From NCBI GenBank assembly GCA_037131045.1, contig JBAXRV010000002.1, positions 6,838-70,837 on the forward strand: a stretch of DNA of 64,000 bases. Reading direction: 5' to 3'. Source of the DNA: Actinomycetes bacterium (lineage in GTDB: Bacteria; Actinomycetota; Actinomycetes; S36-B12; UBA5976). The stretch's first letter is position 1. Every line of letters begins with the position of its first letter. The notes beneath the pieces were generated by a model that was not told the DNA's origin, searched no databases, and worked only from the letters and a program-made list of their open reading frames with translations. The position numbers were made by a program, and so were the translations under genes. Of the stretch, positions 36,693 through 46,933 are shown one piece after another.

Positions 36693-38459
36693 GTGCTACG
36701 TATGTCGACGTTGTTCCTGCGTACCTTGCGAGAGGATCCTGCTGACGCAGAAGTTGCCAGCCACCGTCTGCTCGTGCGTGCTGGGTATGTGCGCCGTATT
36801 GCGCCAGGCATTTGGTCTTGGCTACCACTTGGTTATTTGGTGTATCGCAACATTGAAAACATCGTGCGTGAAGAAATGGACGCTGCAGGTTTTCAAGAGG
36901 TTCATTTTCCTGCACTCTTGCCGCGGGAGCCGTATGAGAAAACTCATCGTTGGCAGGATTATGGTGACAATCTCTTCCGTCTACAGGATCGAAAAAAAGC
37001 AGACTACCTTTTGGGTCCAACTCACGAAGAGATGTTCACGTTGATGGTTAAGGGCGAGTATTCGTCCTACAAAGACTTACCGCTTTGCATTTATCACATT
37101 CAAATCAAGTATCGGGACGAAGCTCGTCCTCGTGCTGGAATTTTGCGTGCTCGCGAATTCGTTATGAAGGATTCCTATTCTTTCGATATTGACGATGCTG
37201 GTTTGGACGTCTCTTATCAACGTCATCGCGATGCCTACATTTCGACGTTTGATCGTCTCGGATTGCATTACGAAATTGTTTCTGCAATGGCCGGAGCAAT
37301 GGGCGGTTCAAAGAGCGAAGAGTTCCTTGCACCATGCGATACGGGTGAAGACACCTATGTGAAATGTCATTCGTGCGGGATGGCTGCCAACGTTGAAGCG
37401 ATTGTTACTCGTCCACAAGAACCGCAGGACTATTCGCAGGTGCCTGCCGCGCATGTGGAGGATACGCCTGACACTCCAACGATTGCCTCATTAGTTGAAA
37501 TATCCAACGCTCGTCCGGAGTTGAGACGCGCCGATCGAGATTGGGAAGCATCAGACACACTCAAGAATGTTGTTCTGATGATGATTGCAGTTGATGGAAC
37601 GAAGTCTCCTCTCGTCATCGGACTTCCAGGTGATCGTGAGGTTGATCTCAAGCGAGTCGAGGCCGCAATACATCCGTATTCACTTGAAGTATTTGAAGAA
37701 GAAGACTTTAAGAAATATCCAGCTTTAGTTAAGGGCTACATTGGGCCGACAGTTCTTGGTGAAAGTTCATCTTCAGGTATTCGCTATCTCGTTGATCCGC
37801 GAATTGTGGAAGGTTCACGTTGGATCACCGGCGCCAACAAGCGCGGAAATCACGTGTATGACTTAGTTGCCGGACGTGATTTCTCGTGGGATGGAGTCAT
37901 TGAAGCGGCCGAAGTTCGACAGGGTGATGGCTGTTCATCTTGCGGCGCCGATATTTCAATGGCGCGAGGTATTGAAATTGGTCATATTTTTCAATTGGGA
38001 CGTAAGTACGCCGAGGCTCTTGATTTGCAGGTACTTAACGAAAACAGTGAACTTGTCACGGTCACTATGGGTTCTTACGGCATTGGTGTGTCACGGGCAG
38101 TGGCAACAATCGCAGAGCAATCGCATGATGAAAAGGGCTTGATCTGGCCGCGAGAAGTTGCACCAGCAGACATCCACATCATCGCCACGGGTAAGGAAGA
38201 TCAACCTTTCGATGTTGCCGAAACCTTCGCAGCAAGTCTTGAGGCGCAAGGAGTGCGGGTTCTCTATGATGATCGACGGGGCGTATCACCGGGTGTGAAG
38301 TTCAATGATTCAGAACTCTTGGGTATTCCAACAATCGCTGTTATTGGTCGTGGTTTAGCTGACGGTGTGATTGAAGTGCGCGATCGCAAGTCAGGCGAAC
38401 AGGAAAATGTCGCTGTTGATGATTTCGTAGCCCACGTGGTTGCGCTCGTTCGGTCATGA
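36693..38459 (+). CDS. proS: Prolyl-tRNA synthetase (bacterial type with INS editing domain)
   Basis: [36 protein letters not shown]-terminus, class II motifs ([21 protein letters not shown]), 588 aa. Confidence 0.95.
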   Translation: MLRMSTLFLRTLREDPADAEVASHRLLVRAGYVRRIAPGIWSWLPLGYLVYRNIENIVREEMDAAGFQEVHFPALLPREPYEKTHRWQDYGDNLFRLQDRKKADYLLGPTHEEMFTLMVKGEYSSYKDLPLCIYHIQIKYRDEARPRAGILRAREFVMKDSYSFDIDDAGLDVSYQRHRDAYISTFDRLGLHYEIVSAMAGAMGGSKSEEFLAPCDTGEDTYVKCHSCGMAANVEAIVTRPQEPQDYSQVPAAHVEDTPDTPTIASLVEISNARPELRRADRDWEASDTLKNVVLMMIAVDGTKSPLVIGLPGDREVDLKRVEAAIHPYSLEVFEEEDFKKYPALVKGYIGPTVLGESSSSGIRYLVDPRIVEGSRWITGANKRGNHVYDLVAGRDFSWDGVIEAAEVRQGDGCSSCGADISMARGIEIGHIFQLGRKYAEALDLQVLNENSELVTVTMGSYGIGVSRAVATIAEQSHDEKGLIWPREVAPADIHIIATGKEDQPFDVAETFAASLEAQGVRVLYDDRRGVSPGVKFNDSELLGIPTIAVIGRGLADGVIEVRDRKSGEQENVAVDDFVAHVVALVRS

Positions 38460-39199
38460 ACATCCAAGCTGTCATCTTTGATTGGGGTGGCACGCTCACA
38501 CCTTGGCACGATGTTGATTTACAAGCCCGATGGTTGGCTTACGCACACATCTACGCGCCAGAGCGCGCCGATGAACTCGCTCGAGCGTTGCACGTAGGCG
38601 AGCAGTCTCGGTGGGCGCATCAATTTGATACCCAAGGAGAGACCGGAACCGGCGCGCTTGAAGCGATGTTCGAAGTCAATGGCATCGATACGTCGAGTTC
38701 GCTACATTTCGAAGCACTTGAGGCCTATTTGCGGGCGTGGGATCCGGATACATACACCGATGTTGATGCCGTTGCGCTTTTAGAAGCATTGCGAGGAATG
38801 GGAATAAAGACTGCCGTGTTGTCGAACACGATGTGGCCACGGCGCCACCACGAAAGTGTTCTAGAACGTGATGGCATCTTGCATCTGTTTGACTACCTGT
38901 TGTTCACTAGCGAAACAACGAGCGCTAAGCCACACCGCTCTGTTTTTACAGATGTTACGTACAACCTTGGAGTAGATCCGCAACACTGTGCCTTTGTTGG
39001 GGATCGACTCTTTGACGACATTCATGGAGCACAAGAAATCGGTATGAAAGGAATTTGGATTCCGCACTCAATAATTCCTGCAGCTCAGTCAACAGACTTA
39101 GGAATCATTCCTGCAGCAACCGTCCAACGGTTGGGAGATGTTCTTGACGTGGTCAATAACTGGAACGCCGTACCTGACGGGAATGCGTCAACTCTCTGA
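38456..39199 (+). CDS. HAD superfamily hydrolase
   Basis: [11 protein letters not shown] (motif I region), VLSNT (motif II), [10 protein letters not shown] (motif IV). ATGA overlap with proS. Confidence 0.7.
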   Translation: MNIQAVIFDWGGTLTPWHDVDLQARWLAYAHIYAPERADELARALHVGEQSRWAHQFDTQGETGTGALEAMFEVNGIDTSSSLHFEALEAYLRAWDPDTYTDVDAVALLEALRGMGIKTAVLSNTMWPRRHHESVLERDGILHLFDYLLFTSETTSAKPHRSVFTDVTYNLGVDPQHCAFVGDRLFDDIHGAQEIGMKGIWIPHSIIPAAQSTDLGIIPAATVQRLGDVLDVVNNWNAVPDGNASTL

Positions 39200-39969
39200 T
39201 GTGGAATGACCTTTCAGCGTTAACGCTCGTCGTTTGCATATGCACGGCATTGCTTGCTGGGTTTGTCGATGCCGTAGCAGGTGGTGGCGGGTTGATTCAG
39301 TTGCCAGTGATGTTAGCCGTGTTTCCACATAATTCGTTGGCGGCGGTGTCCGGCACAAATAAGTCGATTTCAATTGTTGGCACATCTGTTGCAGCGCGTA
39401 CCTACGCAAAGCAAATTCCTTTGGAACGCCGGCATGTCCTTCCTATGGCCTTATGTGCATTCATTGGTTCGGCACTTGGCGCCCATCTCATTACAAAGGT
39501 AGATCGAGCGGCATTTGAACCAATACTTTTGATTGTTCTGATTTCGGTAGGAATGTTCACGTTGTTTCGCCCAGAGTTTGGCCGGACGCCTTCCCACGAA
39601 GTTCGTGGACCACTCTCAGCAAGTGTGTTCGGAGCGGGCATAGGGTTTTACGACGGCATCATGGGCCCAGGAACCGGCATGTTTTTAGTCTTTGGTCTGG
39701 TTGCTTTCATTGGTTTTGATTTCTTAAAAGGTTCGGCATCTGCCAAGTTTGTAAATGTGGCAACGAACTTGGCGGCTCTTATGATCTTTATTCCCACACA
39801 CAATGTGATGTGGCTAGTGACGGCGTTTATGGCACCAGCAAACATGCTCGGTGGTTACCTTGGAGCGCACACTGCGCTCAAGCGCGGCAGCTTATTTGTA
39901 CGACTGGTCTTTCTAGGAGTGCAAGCGCTCTTGATAGTGCGACTTATCGTTAGCGTCACATCTCACTAA
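39199..39969 (+). CDS. TauE/SafE (TSUP) family anion exporter membrane protein
   Basis: 256 aa, 7-8 TM helices, AGFVDAVAGGGGLIQLP N-terminal motif and a repeated GIGFYDGIMGPGTGMF block typical of TSUP proteins. TGATG overlap with the HAD gene. Confidence 0.75.
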   Translation: MWNDLSALTLVVCICTALLAGFVDAVAGGGGLIQLPVMLAVFPHNSLAAVSGTNKSISIVGTSVAARTYAKQIPLERRHVLPMALCAFIGSALGAHLITKVDRAAFEPILLIVLISVGMFTLFRPEFGRTPSHEVRGPLSASVFGAGIGFYDGIMGPGTGMFLVFGLVAFIGFDFLKGSASAKFVNVATNLAALMIFIPTHNVMWLVTAFMAPANMLGGYLGAHTALKRGSLFVRLVFLGVQALLIVRLIVSVTSH

Positions 39970-39986
39970 ACCGTTTTATTCAATGG

Positions 39987-40385
39987 CTAATGCGGGAAGG
40001 CACTAGTCATTCCAGACCATGCGTATGCGCGAAGTGCGCACTCTTGTGGGAAGCCGATCATTTCCTGCGCGAAGACCCGATCAAGAGTGAAGAGCGAGGT
40101 CGCCCACTGATTACACAGTCGATTTTCAAGAATGCCGGCAACACTCCTAGCTGAAGTGTTGTCGGTGATTCGAGTGGGAAGTTGATATGCAGCTGCGGCA
40201 GGGCTCACTGGTATCGAATGGGTCAGACAGAATTCAACGAGTCGATCACGTAGCTTTCGATGAATTGCCTGATCATCTAAGGCTTGGTTTGCATCTTCGG
40301 CGTAAGCAGCAACGATGCCGTACGTGTAAACGGCGCAATGGGCACTATCGAGCAAGTCTTGAACAGTAGTTATGTCTTGCGTCAT
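39987..40385 (-). CDS. Ferritin-like DUF4439 domain protein
   Basis: AHCAVYTYGIVAAY...HRKLRDRL...AAAAYQLP...SARSVAGILENRLCNQW follows the DUF4439 pattern (EHaavYxYG...HRxxRD...aYxlP...lE). ATGA overlap with the upstream lipoprotein gene. Confidence 0.6.
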   Translation of the reverse strand: MTQDITTVQDLLDSAHCAVYTYGIVAAYAEDANQALDDQAIHRKLRDRLVEFCLTHSIPVSPAAAAYQLPTRITDNTSARSVAGILENRLCNQWATSLFTLDRVFAQEMIGFPQECALRAYAWSGMTSAFPH

Positions 40386-40789
40386 GGCGTTACTCCCAGC
40401 GCTACTGCATGGACAGCCAAACTTGCCGATATCAAAGAAAAGGCACGAGATAAGTTCGCTTGCGTTACTGCAAGGGTGTTATCGCGAAACGTGATGCTGG
40501 TGGTGGAGAGTTGCGTATGCAAATCACGGGGTATAGATGCGCTTGCAGTTGGTTCTGGAGTTGTACCTAAATTGTCATGTGACAACTGCACCAAGGCAGC
40601 AATGTGTGAAGCAAGATGTGACTGCAGCTCTTGATTGTGGAGTGCCAATCCCTGCAGTGCCTGCAATCGTGATATGGCATCACGAATTAGGGTGTCGTCG
40701 GCAGAAAGCGTGCCTGACGAATGCCCACAACCAAGCAGAACTGCGCTCGAAGCACAGATGTTTAAAAATCCGCGACGGTTTATTGCCAT
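40382..40789 (-). CDS. Putative Tat-exported lipoprotein, partner of the DUF4439 protein
   Basis: MAINRRGFLNICASSAVLLGCG carries a twin-arginine motif (RRGFL) followed by a lipobox (LLGC). The remainder is helical and Ala/Leu-rich. Positional equivalent of the Ala-rich proteins upstream of rimP in other Actinobacteria. Confidence 0.5.
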   Translation of the reverse strand: MAINRRGFLNICASSAVLLGCGHSSGTLSADDTLIRDAISRLQALQGLALHNQELQSHLASHIAALVQLSHDNLGTTPEPTASASIPRDLHTQLSTTSITFRDNTLAVTQANLSRAFSLISASLAVHAVALGVTP

Positions 40790-40854
40790 ATCTCCAACCT
40801 AGCGTTAGGGTCACAAATACATAATTGTTCCACCCAATTGAAGAGGCGTCGGCC

Positions 40855-41313
40855 ATGACAGCGATTTCTGATATCACATCAGCTCTTGAACCAATCGTTG
40901 CTGCGTTGGGTATTGACATAGACGACATCGAATTGAGCAAGGCCGGAAATCGACGCATCCTGGAAGTGTTCGTTGACGCAGACGGCGGCGTAGATCTGGA
41001 CAAGGTAGCAGAAGCCTCGCGGGCAATTTCAGAATTTTTGGATGCCAGCAATGTGATGGGTGATGCGCCGTATGTTCTGGAAGTATCGTCGCGCGGCATT
41101 AGCCGACCATTAACTAAGCCAGTACATTGGGCGCGCAATGTAGGGCGCCTCGTGACTGTGTCTGGTGATTCTGTAAATGCCAGTGGCCGCATTGTGGCGT
41201 TTGAAAATCCGCAAGTCACGCTGAATGTCAAAGGGCAAATGCGCAAGTTCGACATCGGTGCTATCTCGAAGGCTTTTATCGATGTGGAATTCAATCGTAA
41301 GGATGATGAGTAA
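40855..41313 (+). CDS. rimP: Ribosome maturation factor RimP
   Basis: Typical RimP sequence (LEVSSRGISRPL) directly upstream of nusA. Start set to ATG 40855. TAATG overlap with nusA. Confidence 0.85.
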   Translation: MTAISDITSALEPIVAALGIDIDDIELSKAGNRRILEVFVDADGGVDLDKVAEASRAISEFLDASNVMGDAPYVLEVSSRGISRPLTKPVHWARNVGRLVTVSGDSVNASGRIVAFENPQVTLNVKGQMRKFDIGAISKAFIDVEFNRKDDE

Positions 41314-42287
41314 TGGATATTGATGTCTCTGCGTTGAAGGGAATTACTCGCGAGCGCGGGATCTCTTTGGAATATCTCATCGAGGCCATCGAGCAAGCAC
41401 TCCTCGTGGCATACCAACATACTCCGCACGCACATGAACAAGCTCGAGTCCAATTGGATCGAGTTAATGGACATGTGACCGTGATTGCAAAAGAACTTGA
41501 TGATGATGGCAATGCCATTGGTGAATTTGAAGCAACTCCAGAAGGTTTTGGTCGAGTAGCGGCATCGCTTGCTCGTGGCGTGATTACCCAACGATTGAAA
41601 TCTGCTGGGGACGATGCAACTGTTTTGGAATTTCAGGCTAAAGAGGGTGACATTGTTTCTGGCGTTATTCAGCAAGGAAGCGATCGACGTCTGATTTTTG
41701 TCGACTTAGGTCCTGTTGAGGGTGTGCTCCCTCCCGAAGAATGGGTTCCTGGTGAGGACTACTCGCATGGACGTCGCATTCGCTGCTATGTGGTCAGTGT
41801 GCGACTTGGACCAAAGGGCCCGATTGTGACGTTATCTCGTAGCCACCCACGTTTCGTAGAAGAGCTATTCAAACTCGAAGTGCCCGAGATTGCTGATGGC
41901 ACAGTAACGATCGAAGGCTTAGCCCGTGAAGCTGGCCATCGCACGAAGATTTCTGTGTCCACAAAGGTTTCAGGAGTGAATCCAAAGGGGTCGTGTATTG
42001 GTCCCATGGGTGGTCGAGTGCGTGCTGTAATGAGCGAATTGGGAGGAGAGAAGATTGATATTGTGGACTTCAGTGCCGATCTTGGCGAGTACGTTGCTCA
42101 CGCATTATCTCCAGCACCGGTTATTTCATCCACGGTGATTGACCCGGTAAACCGGGTCGTTCGGGTAGTCGTTCCCGATTACAAATTGTCGCTGGCCATT
42201 GGTCGAGAAGGGCAAAACGCCAGACTTGCTGCCCGATTAACTGGGGCAAAAATCGACATAAAATCAGACTCGGCACCCTCGGATTAG
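41313..42287 (+). CDS. nusA: Transcription termination/antitermination factor NusA
   Basis: N-terminal domain, S1 domain (GDIVSGVIQ), two KH domains (GIGPMGGRV, AIGREGQNARLAARLTG). 324 aa, with no C-terminal AR repeats. Confidence 0.95.
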   Translation: MDIDVSALKGITRERGISLEYLIEAIEQALLVAYQHTPHAHEQARVQLDRVNGHVTVIAKELDDDGNAIGEFEATPEGFGRVAASLARGVITQRLKSAGDDATVLEFQAKEGDIVSGVIQQGSDRRLIFVDLGPVEGVLPPEEWVPGEDYSHGRRIRCYVVSVRLGPKGPIVTLSRSHPRFVEELFKLEVPEIADGTVTIEGLAREAGHRTKISVSTKVSGVNPKGSCIGPMGGRVRAVMSELGGEKIDIVDFSADLGEYVAHALSPAPVISSTVIDPVNRVVRVVVPDYKLSLAIGREGQNARLAARLTGAKIDIKSDSAPSD

Positions 42288-42371
42288 CCCTAAAAGTCCG
42301 CTGACAGCCGTCCCGCAGGATTTGGGTGACCAACTTGTCAGGCGAAGTGGGCTAGACTGGGCTTGGTTTTC

Positions 42372-42620
42372 ATGGCTAAGACAGTGACTCGCATGTGTGT
42401 TTCGTGCCGGAGTCGTGATTCCACAGATCTGCTAGTTCGGCTCGTGCTTGAAAATCAACGATTAATCGTCGATGTGAATGGCACAGCACCTGGTCGAGGC
42501 GCCTATGTGCATCCTGGATCTCAGTGTATGTCGAGTGCGCTGTCACAGAAGATTCTCGGTCGGGCCTTGCGCTCACAGGGACCTCTTGATGTCAGTGCGC
42601 TAGACGAACTCACTAGTTGA
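42372..42620 (+). CDS. ylxR: YlxR/DUF448 RNA-binding protein
   Basis: RMCVSCRSR...GRGAYVH motif characteristic of YlxR. Lies between nusA and infB. Confidence 0.8.
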   Translation: MAKTVTRMCVSCRSRDSTDLLVRLVLENQRLIVDVNGTAPGRGAYVHPGSQCMSSALSQKILGRALRSQGPLDVSALDELTS

Positions 42621-42782
42621 TTTACCTTAACCGTCAACGACCGCCACAACGGGAGTAGTTATGCCACAGAATACGGCTGCGTTCAACCGATGAACGCCCG
42701 CAAGCAGAGTGCTCAGTAATGAGTGCGAAGAAAACAACGACGGTCCGGTAGCACCTAAAAACCCGGACCAGACTGGAGAAAC

Positions 42783-45509
42783 ATGTCCAAGGCCCGGGTT
42801 TATGAACTCGCTAAGAAATATGGTGTCGATAGCAAAGTCATCATTGAAAAGCTTGAGTCAATTAATGAATACGTTAAGTCAGCATCGTCAACTGTTGAAG
42901 CTCCTGCTGTGCGCAAGTTGGAAAAGGCATTTCCTGATTTAGCAACTGCAGCTGCTGCTGCCGCAGATCAACCAGCACCGGCAAAGAAAGCTGCCGCTAA
43001 GAAGGCAGTTGCCAAGCCAGCTGCTGATCCTGATCCGGTGGCCACTGCAGAACCTATCGACACACAACCACGTGCAACATCGCCAAGTGTGACCTCGCAA
43101 CCAGAGGCACCCGCTACTTCTTCGCCAGCATCTGATGTTCAAGAGCCAGTTGGTGGACCACGTCCGCCTACTCCTGGCCCACGTCCTGGTAGTCCACGTG
43201 CAGGTAACAATCCGTTTGTCTCGGCGCCAAGAACAGCGCGCCCAGGAAATAATCCATTTTCAACCGGTGATCGTGGCGCCCGACCTGCCTCACCTGGTGT
43301 AGCTGGAGCTCCGCGTCCAGCAAGTGCTCGTCCTGGTGGTCCAAGTGATCGTGGCCCGCGTCCTGGTGGTCCAAATGATCGCGGTCCGCGTCCTGGTGGT
43401 CCAAGTGATCGCGGTCCGCGTCCTGGTGGAGGCTTTGGAGCGGGTCGTCCAGGTGGACCGAGCACTGGTGGCTTTGCTGGAGCACGTCCAGGTGGCACAC
43501 CTGCTGGAGCGGGAGCTGGAGCACCCGGTGGTCGTCCGGGTTCGGGAACTGGTCGTCCTGGTTCAACGGGTGGTCGCGGTAATACTGCAGGGGCATTTGG
43601 AAAGTCAGGAGGTCGTCCGTCAAAGGGTCGTAAGTCAAAGCGTGCAAAGCGTCAAGAGTTCGACAACATGATGGCACCAACAATTGGTGGCGTCACGCTT
43701 CCGGTTGGCCAAGGACAAGCATTACGTATTCAACGTGGTGCGTCACTGACAGACTTCGCCGAAAAGATTGGTACTGAGCCAGCAGCGTTAGTACAGATGT
43801 TGTTCAAAATGGGTTCGATGGTGACCGCTACGCAGTCGGTGGATGAAGAGACACTTGAGCTACTCGGAGCCGAGCTTAATTTCGATGTGCAAATCATTTC
43901 CCCAGAAGATGAAGACCGTGAGCTACTTGAATCCTTCGATCTTGAATTCGGGGACGAAGGTGGCGAAGAAGCTCTTGTCATTCGAGCACCGGTAGTCACT
44001 GTCATGGGTCACGTTGATCATGGTAAGACTCGTCTTCTTGATGCAATTCGACAAACAAACGTCGTTGCTAAGGAAGCTGGTGGTATCACACAGCACATTG
44101 GTGCCTACCAAATTCATCACACGCACGAAGGTATTGAGCGGGCGATTACGTTTATTGACACTCCAGGTCACGAAGCGTTCACCGCCATGCGTGCTCGTGG
44201 TGCTCAAGTCACCGACATTGCAGTCCTAGTAGTTGCGGCAGATGACGGTGTTAAGCCTCAGACGATTGAAGCTCTTAATCACGCACAAGCCGCTGGCGTC
44301 CCGATCGTGGTTGCAGTGAACAAGATTGATAAAGAAGGCGCTGATGCGACTAAGGTACGTGGCCAACTCACTGAGTATGGACTTGTTCCCGAAGAGTACG
44401 GCGGCGACACAATTTTCGTCGACGTATCAGCTAAAAATAGTCTCAACATTGATGAGCTTATTGATTCAATTTTGCTCACCGCTGATGCTGGTATGGATTT
44501 GCGGGCCAACCCGAATCAAGATGCACAAGGTGTCGCTATCGAAGCCCACCTTGACCGTGGTCGAGGTCCAGTTGCCACTGTTCTTGTACAACGTGGCACG
44601 TTGCGTCCTGGTGATTCGATTGTTGTCGGCGACGCTTATGGTCGCGTTCGAGCCATGCTTGATGAAAACGGTGACACGGTTGACTTCGCGGAGCCAGCGC
44701 GTGCAGTTCAGGTTCTTGGTCTGACTGCAGTTCCACGAGCCGGCGACTCATTCCTTGTGGTTGATGAAGACCGCACGGCCCGTCAAATTGCTCAGTCACG
44801 CCAGGCTCGTGAACGTAATGCCGAGTTGGCAAAGCGCCGCAAGCGCACCACTTTGGACGATGTTCTTAAGGCGTTGGATAAGGGTGAAATCGCGGAGCTC
44901 AAGATCATCATCAAGGGTGACGTATCTGGTTCTGTGGAAGCTCTGGAAGATGCGTTACTTGCCATCGACATCGGCGACGAGAACGTCTCGCTTCGTGTGA
45001 TTCATCGCGGCGTTGGTGCTATTACCGAAAACGATGTGACCTTGGCTTCGGCATCTGATGCCATGATCATTGGCTTCAACGTGCGTCCGGAAGGTAAGTC
45101 CCGCGACTTGGCAGAACGCGAAGGAGTAGAGGTTCGCTTCTACAACGTCATCTATTCAGTCATTGATGAAATCGAATCTGCGCTGAAAGGCATGCGTAAG
45201 GCTGAATTTGAAGAGATTGAACTCGGTGCCGCCGAAGTGCGTGAAGTCTTCCGATCAAGCAAGTTCGGAAACATCGCGGGTTGCATTGTTTCGTCTGGAG
45301 AAATCAAGCGCAAGGCTAAGGCTCGCTTGGTGCGTGATGGCGTTGTTGTCAGAGGCGACCTATCTATTGATACCTTGCGTCGCTTTAAGGATGACGCCAC
45401 AGAGGTTCGTGAAGGCTTCGAGTGCGGTATCGGTCTTGGGTCCTTTAATGACGTCAAGGTCGGCGACATCATTGAGACTTTTGAAATGCGCGAAAAGGTC
45501 CTTGTGTAG
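42783..45509 (+). CDS. infB: Translation initiation factor IF-2
   Basis: [16 protein letters not shown] and NKID GTPase motifs. Long Pro/Gly/Ala-rich N-terminal linker. 908 aa. Confidence 0.95.
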   Translation: MSKARVYELAKKYGVDSKVIIEKLESINEYVKSASSTVEAPAVRKLEKAFPDLATAAAAAADQPAPAKKAAAKKAVAKPAADPDPVATAEPIDTQPRATSPSVTSQPEAPATSSPASDVQEPVGGPRPPTPGPRPGSPRAGNNPFVSAPRTARPGNNPFSTGDRGARPASPGVAGAPRPASARPGGPSDRGPRPGGPNDRGPRPGGPSDRGPRPGGGFGAGRPGGPSTGGFAGARPGGTPAGAGAGAPGGRPGSGTGRPGSTGGRGNTAGAFGKSGGRPSKGRKSKRAKRQEFDNMMAPTIGGVTLPVGQGQALRIQRGASLTDFAEKIGTEPAALVQMLFKMGSMVTATQSVDEETLELLGAELNFDVQIISPEDEDRELLESFDLEFGDEGGEEALVIRAPVVTVMGHVDHGKTRLLDAIRQTNVVAKEAGGITQHIGAYQIHHTHEGIERAITFIDTPGHEAFTAMRARGAQVTDIAVLVVAADDGVKPQTIEALNHAQAAGVPIVVAVNKIDKEGADATKVRGQLTEYGLVPEEYGGDTIFVDVSAKNSLNIDELIDSILLTADAGMDLRANPNQDAQGVAIEAHLDRGRGPVATVLVQRGTLRPGDSIVVGDAYGRVRAMLDENGDTVDFAEPARAVQVLGLTAVPRAGDSFLVVDEDRTARQIAQSRQARERNAELAKRRKRTTLDDVLKALDKGEIAELKIIIKGDVSGSVEALEDALLAIDIGDENVSLRVIHRGVGAITENDVTLASASDAMIIGFNVRPEGKSRDLAEREGVEVRFYNVIYSVIDEIESALKGMRKAEFEEIELGAAEVREVFRSSKFGNIAGCIVSSGEIKRKAKARLVRDGVVVRGDLSIDTLRRFKDDATEVREGFECGIGLGSFNDVKVGDIIETFEMREKVLV
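43341..43430 (+). repeat. Three tandem 30-bp in-frame repeats inside infB ([10 protein letters not shown] / [10 protein letters not shown] / [10 protein letters not shown])
   Basis: Read directly: 43341-43370, 43371-43400 and 43401-43430 differ at only 3-4 positions. A degenerate copy precedes them at 43321-43340. Confidence 0.85.
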
Positions 45510-45520
45510 GGAGTACGTGA

Positions 45521-45949
45521 ATGGTTGATATTGCACGCGCACGCAAACTAGGCGAGCGCATACAAGAAATCGTTGCCGAAACTCTTGAGCTTCGGATAAA
45601 GGATCCTCGTTTGGGATTCATTACTGTCACGGACTGCAAAGTCTCACCTGATCTGCACGATGCCACCGTGTTCTACACGGTTTATGGAACAGACCAGGAA
45701 GCAATTAGTACGGCAGCAGCATTGGAGTCTGCGCGGGGAATGATTCGCACGGAGATTGGGCGACGCACCGGTGTTAAATTTACGCCGAGTGTCTCGTTCA
45801 TCCGAGATGCCCTACCTACTAATGTCCAGGCAATCGATGACCTGCTTGCAGCAGCACAGGCCGCAGATAGCGAAGTTCAACAGCGCGCACGACAAGCTAC
45901 ATATGCTGGCGACTCAGATCCGTACAAACGTGCAGGTGATGACCAGTGA
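45521..45949 (+). CDS. rbfA: Ribosome-binding factor A
   Basis: RARKLGERIQEIVAETLELRIKDPRLGFITVTDCKVSPDLHDATVFYTV is a canonical RbfA sequence. Follows infB. Confidence 0.9.
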   Translation: MVDIARARKLGERIQEIVAETLELRIKDPRLGFITVTDCKVSPDLHDATVFYTVYGTDQEAISTAAALESARGMIRTEIGRRTGVKFTPSVSFIRDALPTNVQAIDDLLAAAQAADSEVQQRARQATYAGDSDPYKRAGDDQ

Positions 45950-46932
45950 CGTCCGCTCCTGATTGGTCAGGAGCGGTTTCTGCCTTACGTCATGCAGATT
46001 CGGTGCTACTCATTGCGCATGTAACACCAGACCCTGATGCGTTAGGTTCAGCGCTGGCTTTAGGGATGGCGCTTCGCAGTTTAGGAAAGACGGTTGCTGT
46101 TTCTGTGGGTGAATTTGGATTTCGAGTACCTGAGTCGATGAATTTTTTACCAGGAATTGAACTTGTTGTGTCCCCTGAAAACGTGCCGCTATCCGATGTC
46201 GTGGTGTCGTGTGACACGGCCTCGGTGCACCGCCTCGGAGTGCTCGCTGATGTGCTCACCAATGCACCAGTCTCGATTGTTATCGATCATCATGCATCTA
46301 ACGCCGGTTTTGGAACAATCAATGTGGTCGATCCGTCGTCGCCTGCCACTGCCGAAATGGTTCTAAAAATTATTGACCTACTTGATGTTGATCTAGACCA
46401 TGACATTGCCACTGCACTTTATGCTGGGTTGGCTACCGACACTGGTTCCTTTAAATATCGCGGAACCACTTCTGACACGTTGCGCACTGCTGCACGTCTC
46501 TTTGATACTGGATTTGACCACAGCACGATAGCTCGCTTGCTTTTTGATGATGAGCCTTTTAGTTCAGTTCAGATGTTAGGCGAAGCGATGTCAAACGCGG
46601 TTCTGCGCACTGATGTCGCAGATGGTCTGGGATTGGTATACACATTTATTAGTTCCCAAGCGCGCGGCCATTTGGATGAACTGTCCATGGAGCGTGTCAT
46701 CGACAATTTGCGTCGCACTCACGAAGCGGAGGTTGCGTGCGTATTCAAGCAATCAGACGATGGTGTGTGGAAAGCTTCGTTACGCAGCAAGTCGGCAATA
46801 TCGGTTGGTCAGATTGCAACGTCATTCGGTGGCGGTGGTCATAAGTTTGCGGCCGGATACACAGGCTCAACCGATGCCACTGAAATGGTGGAACGTTTAA
46901 TTGACGCGCTTGATAGTGGCGCCGGAGCGTAA
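45946..46932 (+). CDS. nrnA: DHH/DHHA1 family phosphoesterase (NrnA/CnpB-type nanoRNase)
   Basis: HVTPDPDALGS, IDHHASN (DHH), C-terminal FGGGGHKFAAG (DHHA1 GGGH). GTGA overlap with rbfA. Confidence 0.8.
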   Translation: MTSAPDWSGAVSALRHADSVLLIAHVTPDPDALGSALALGMALRSLGKTVAVSVGEFGFRVPESMNFLPGIELVVSPENVPLSDVVVSCDTASVHRLGVLADVLTNAPVSIVIDHHASNAGFGTINVVDPSSPATAEMVLKIIDLLDVDLDHDIATALYAGLATDTGSFKYRGTTSDTLRTAARLFDTGFDHSTIARLLFDDEPFSSVQMLGEAMSNAVLRTDVADGLGLVYTFISSQARGHLDELSMERVIDNLRRTHEAEVACVFKQSDDGVWKASLRSKSAISVGQIATSFGGGGHKFAAGYTGSTDATEMVERLIDALDSGAGA

Positions 46933-46933
46933 C

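Noticed and set aside
40680-41675. 331-aa minus-strand ORF, one of the longest in the track
   Set aside because: It lies entirely antisense to the confident rimP and nusA genes. It is Ser/Arg/Cys-rich with no recognisable motif, which is typical of a shadow ORF.
43139-43683. Pro/Gly/Arg-rich antisense ORFs (119 aa and 171 aa) and a plus-strand alternative-frame ORF over the infB linker
   Set aside because: These are artefacts of the low-complexity, repeat-rich infB N-terminal linker. infB itself is unambiguous.
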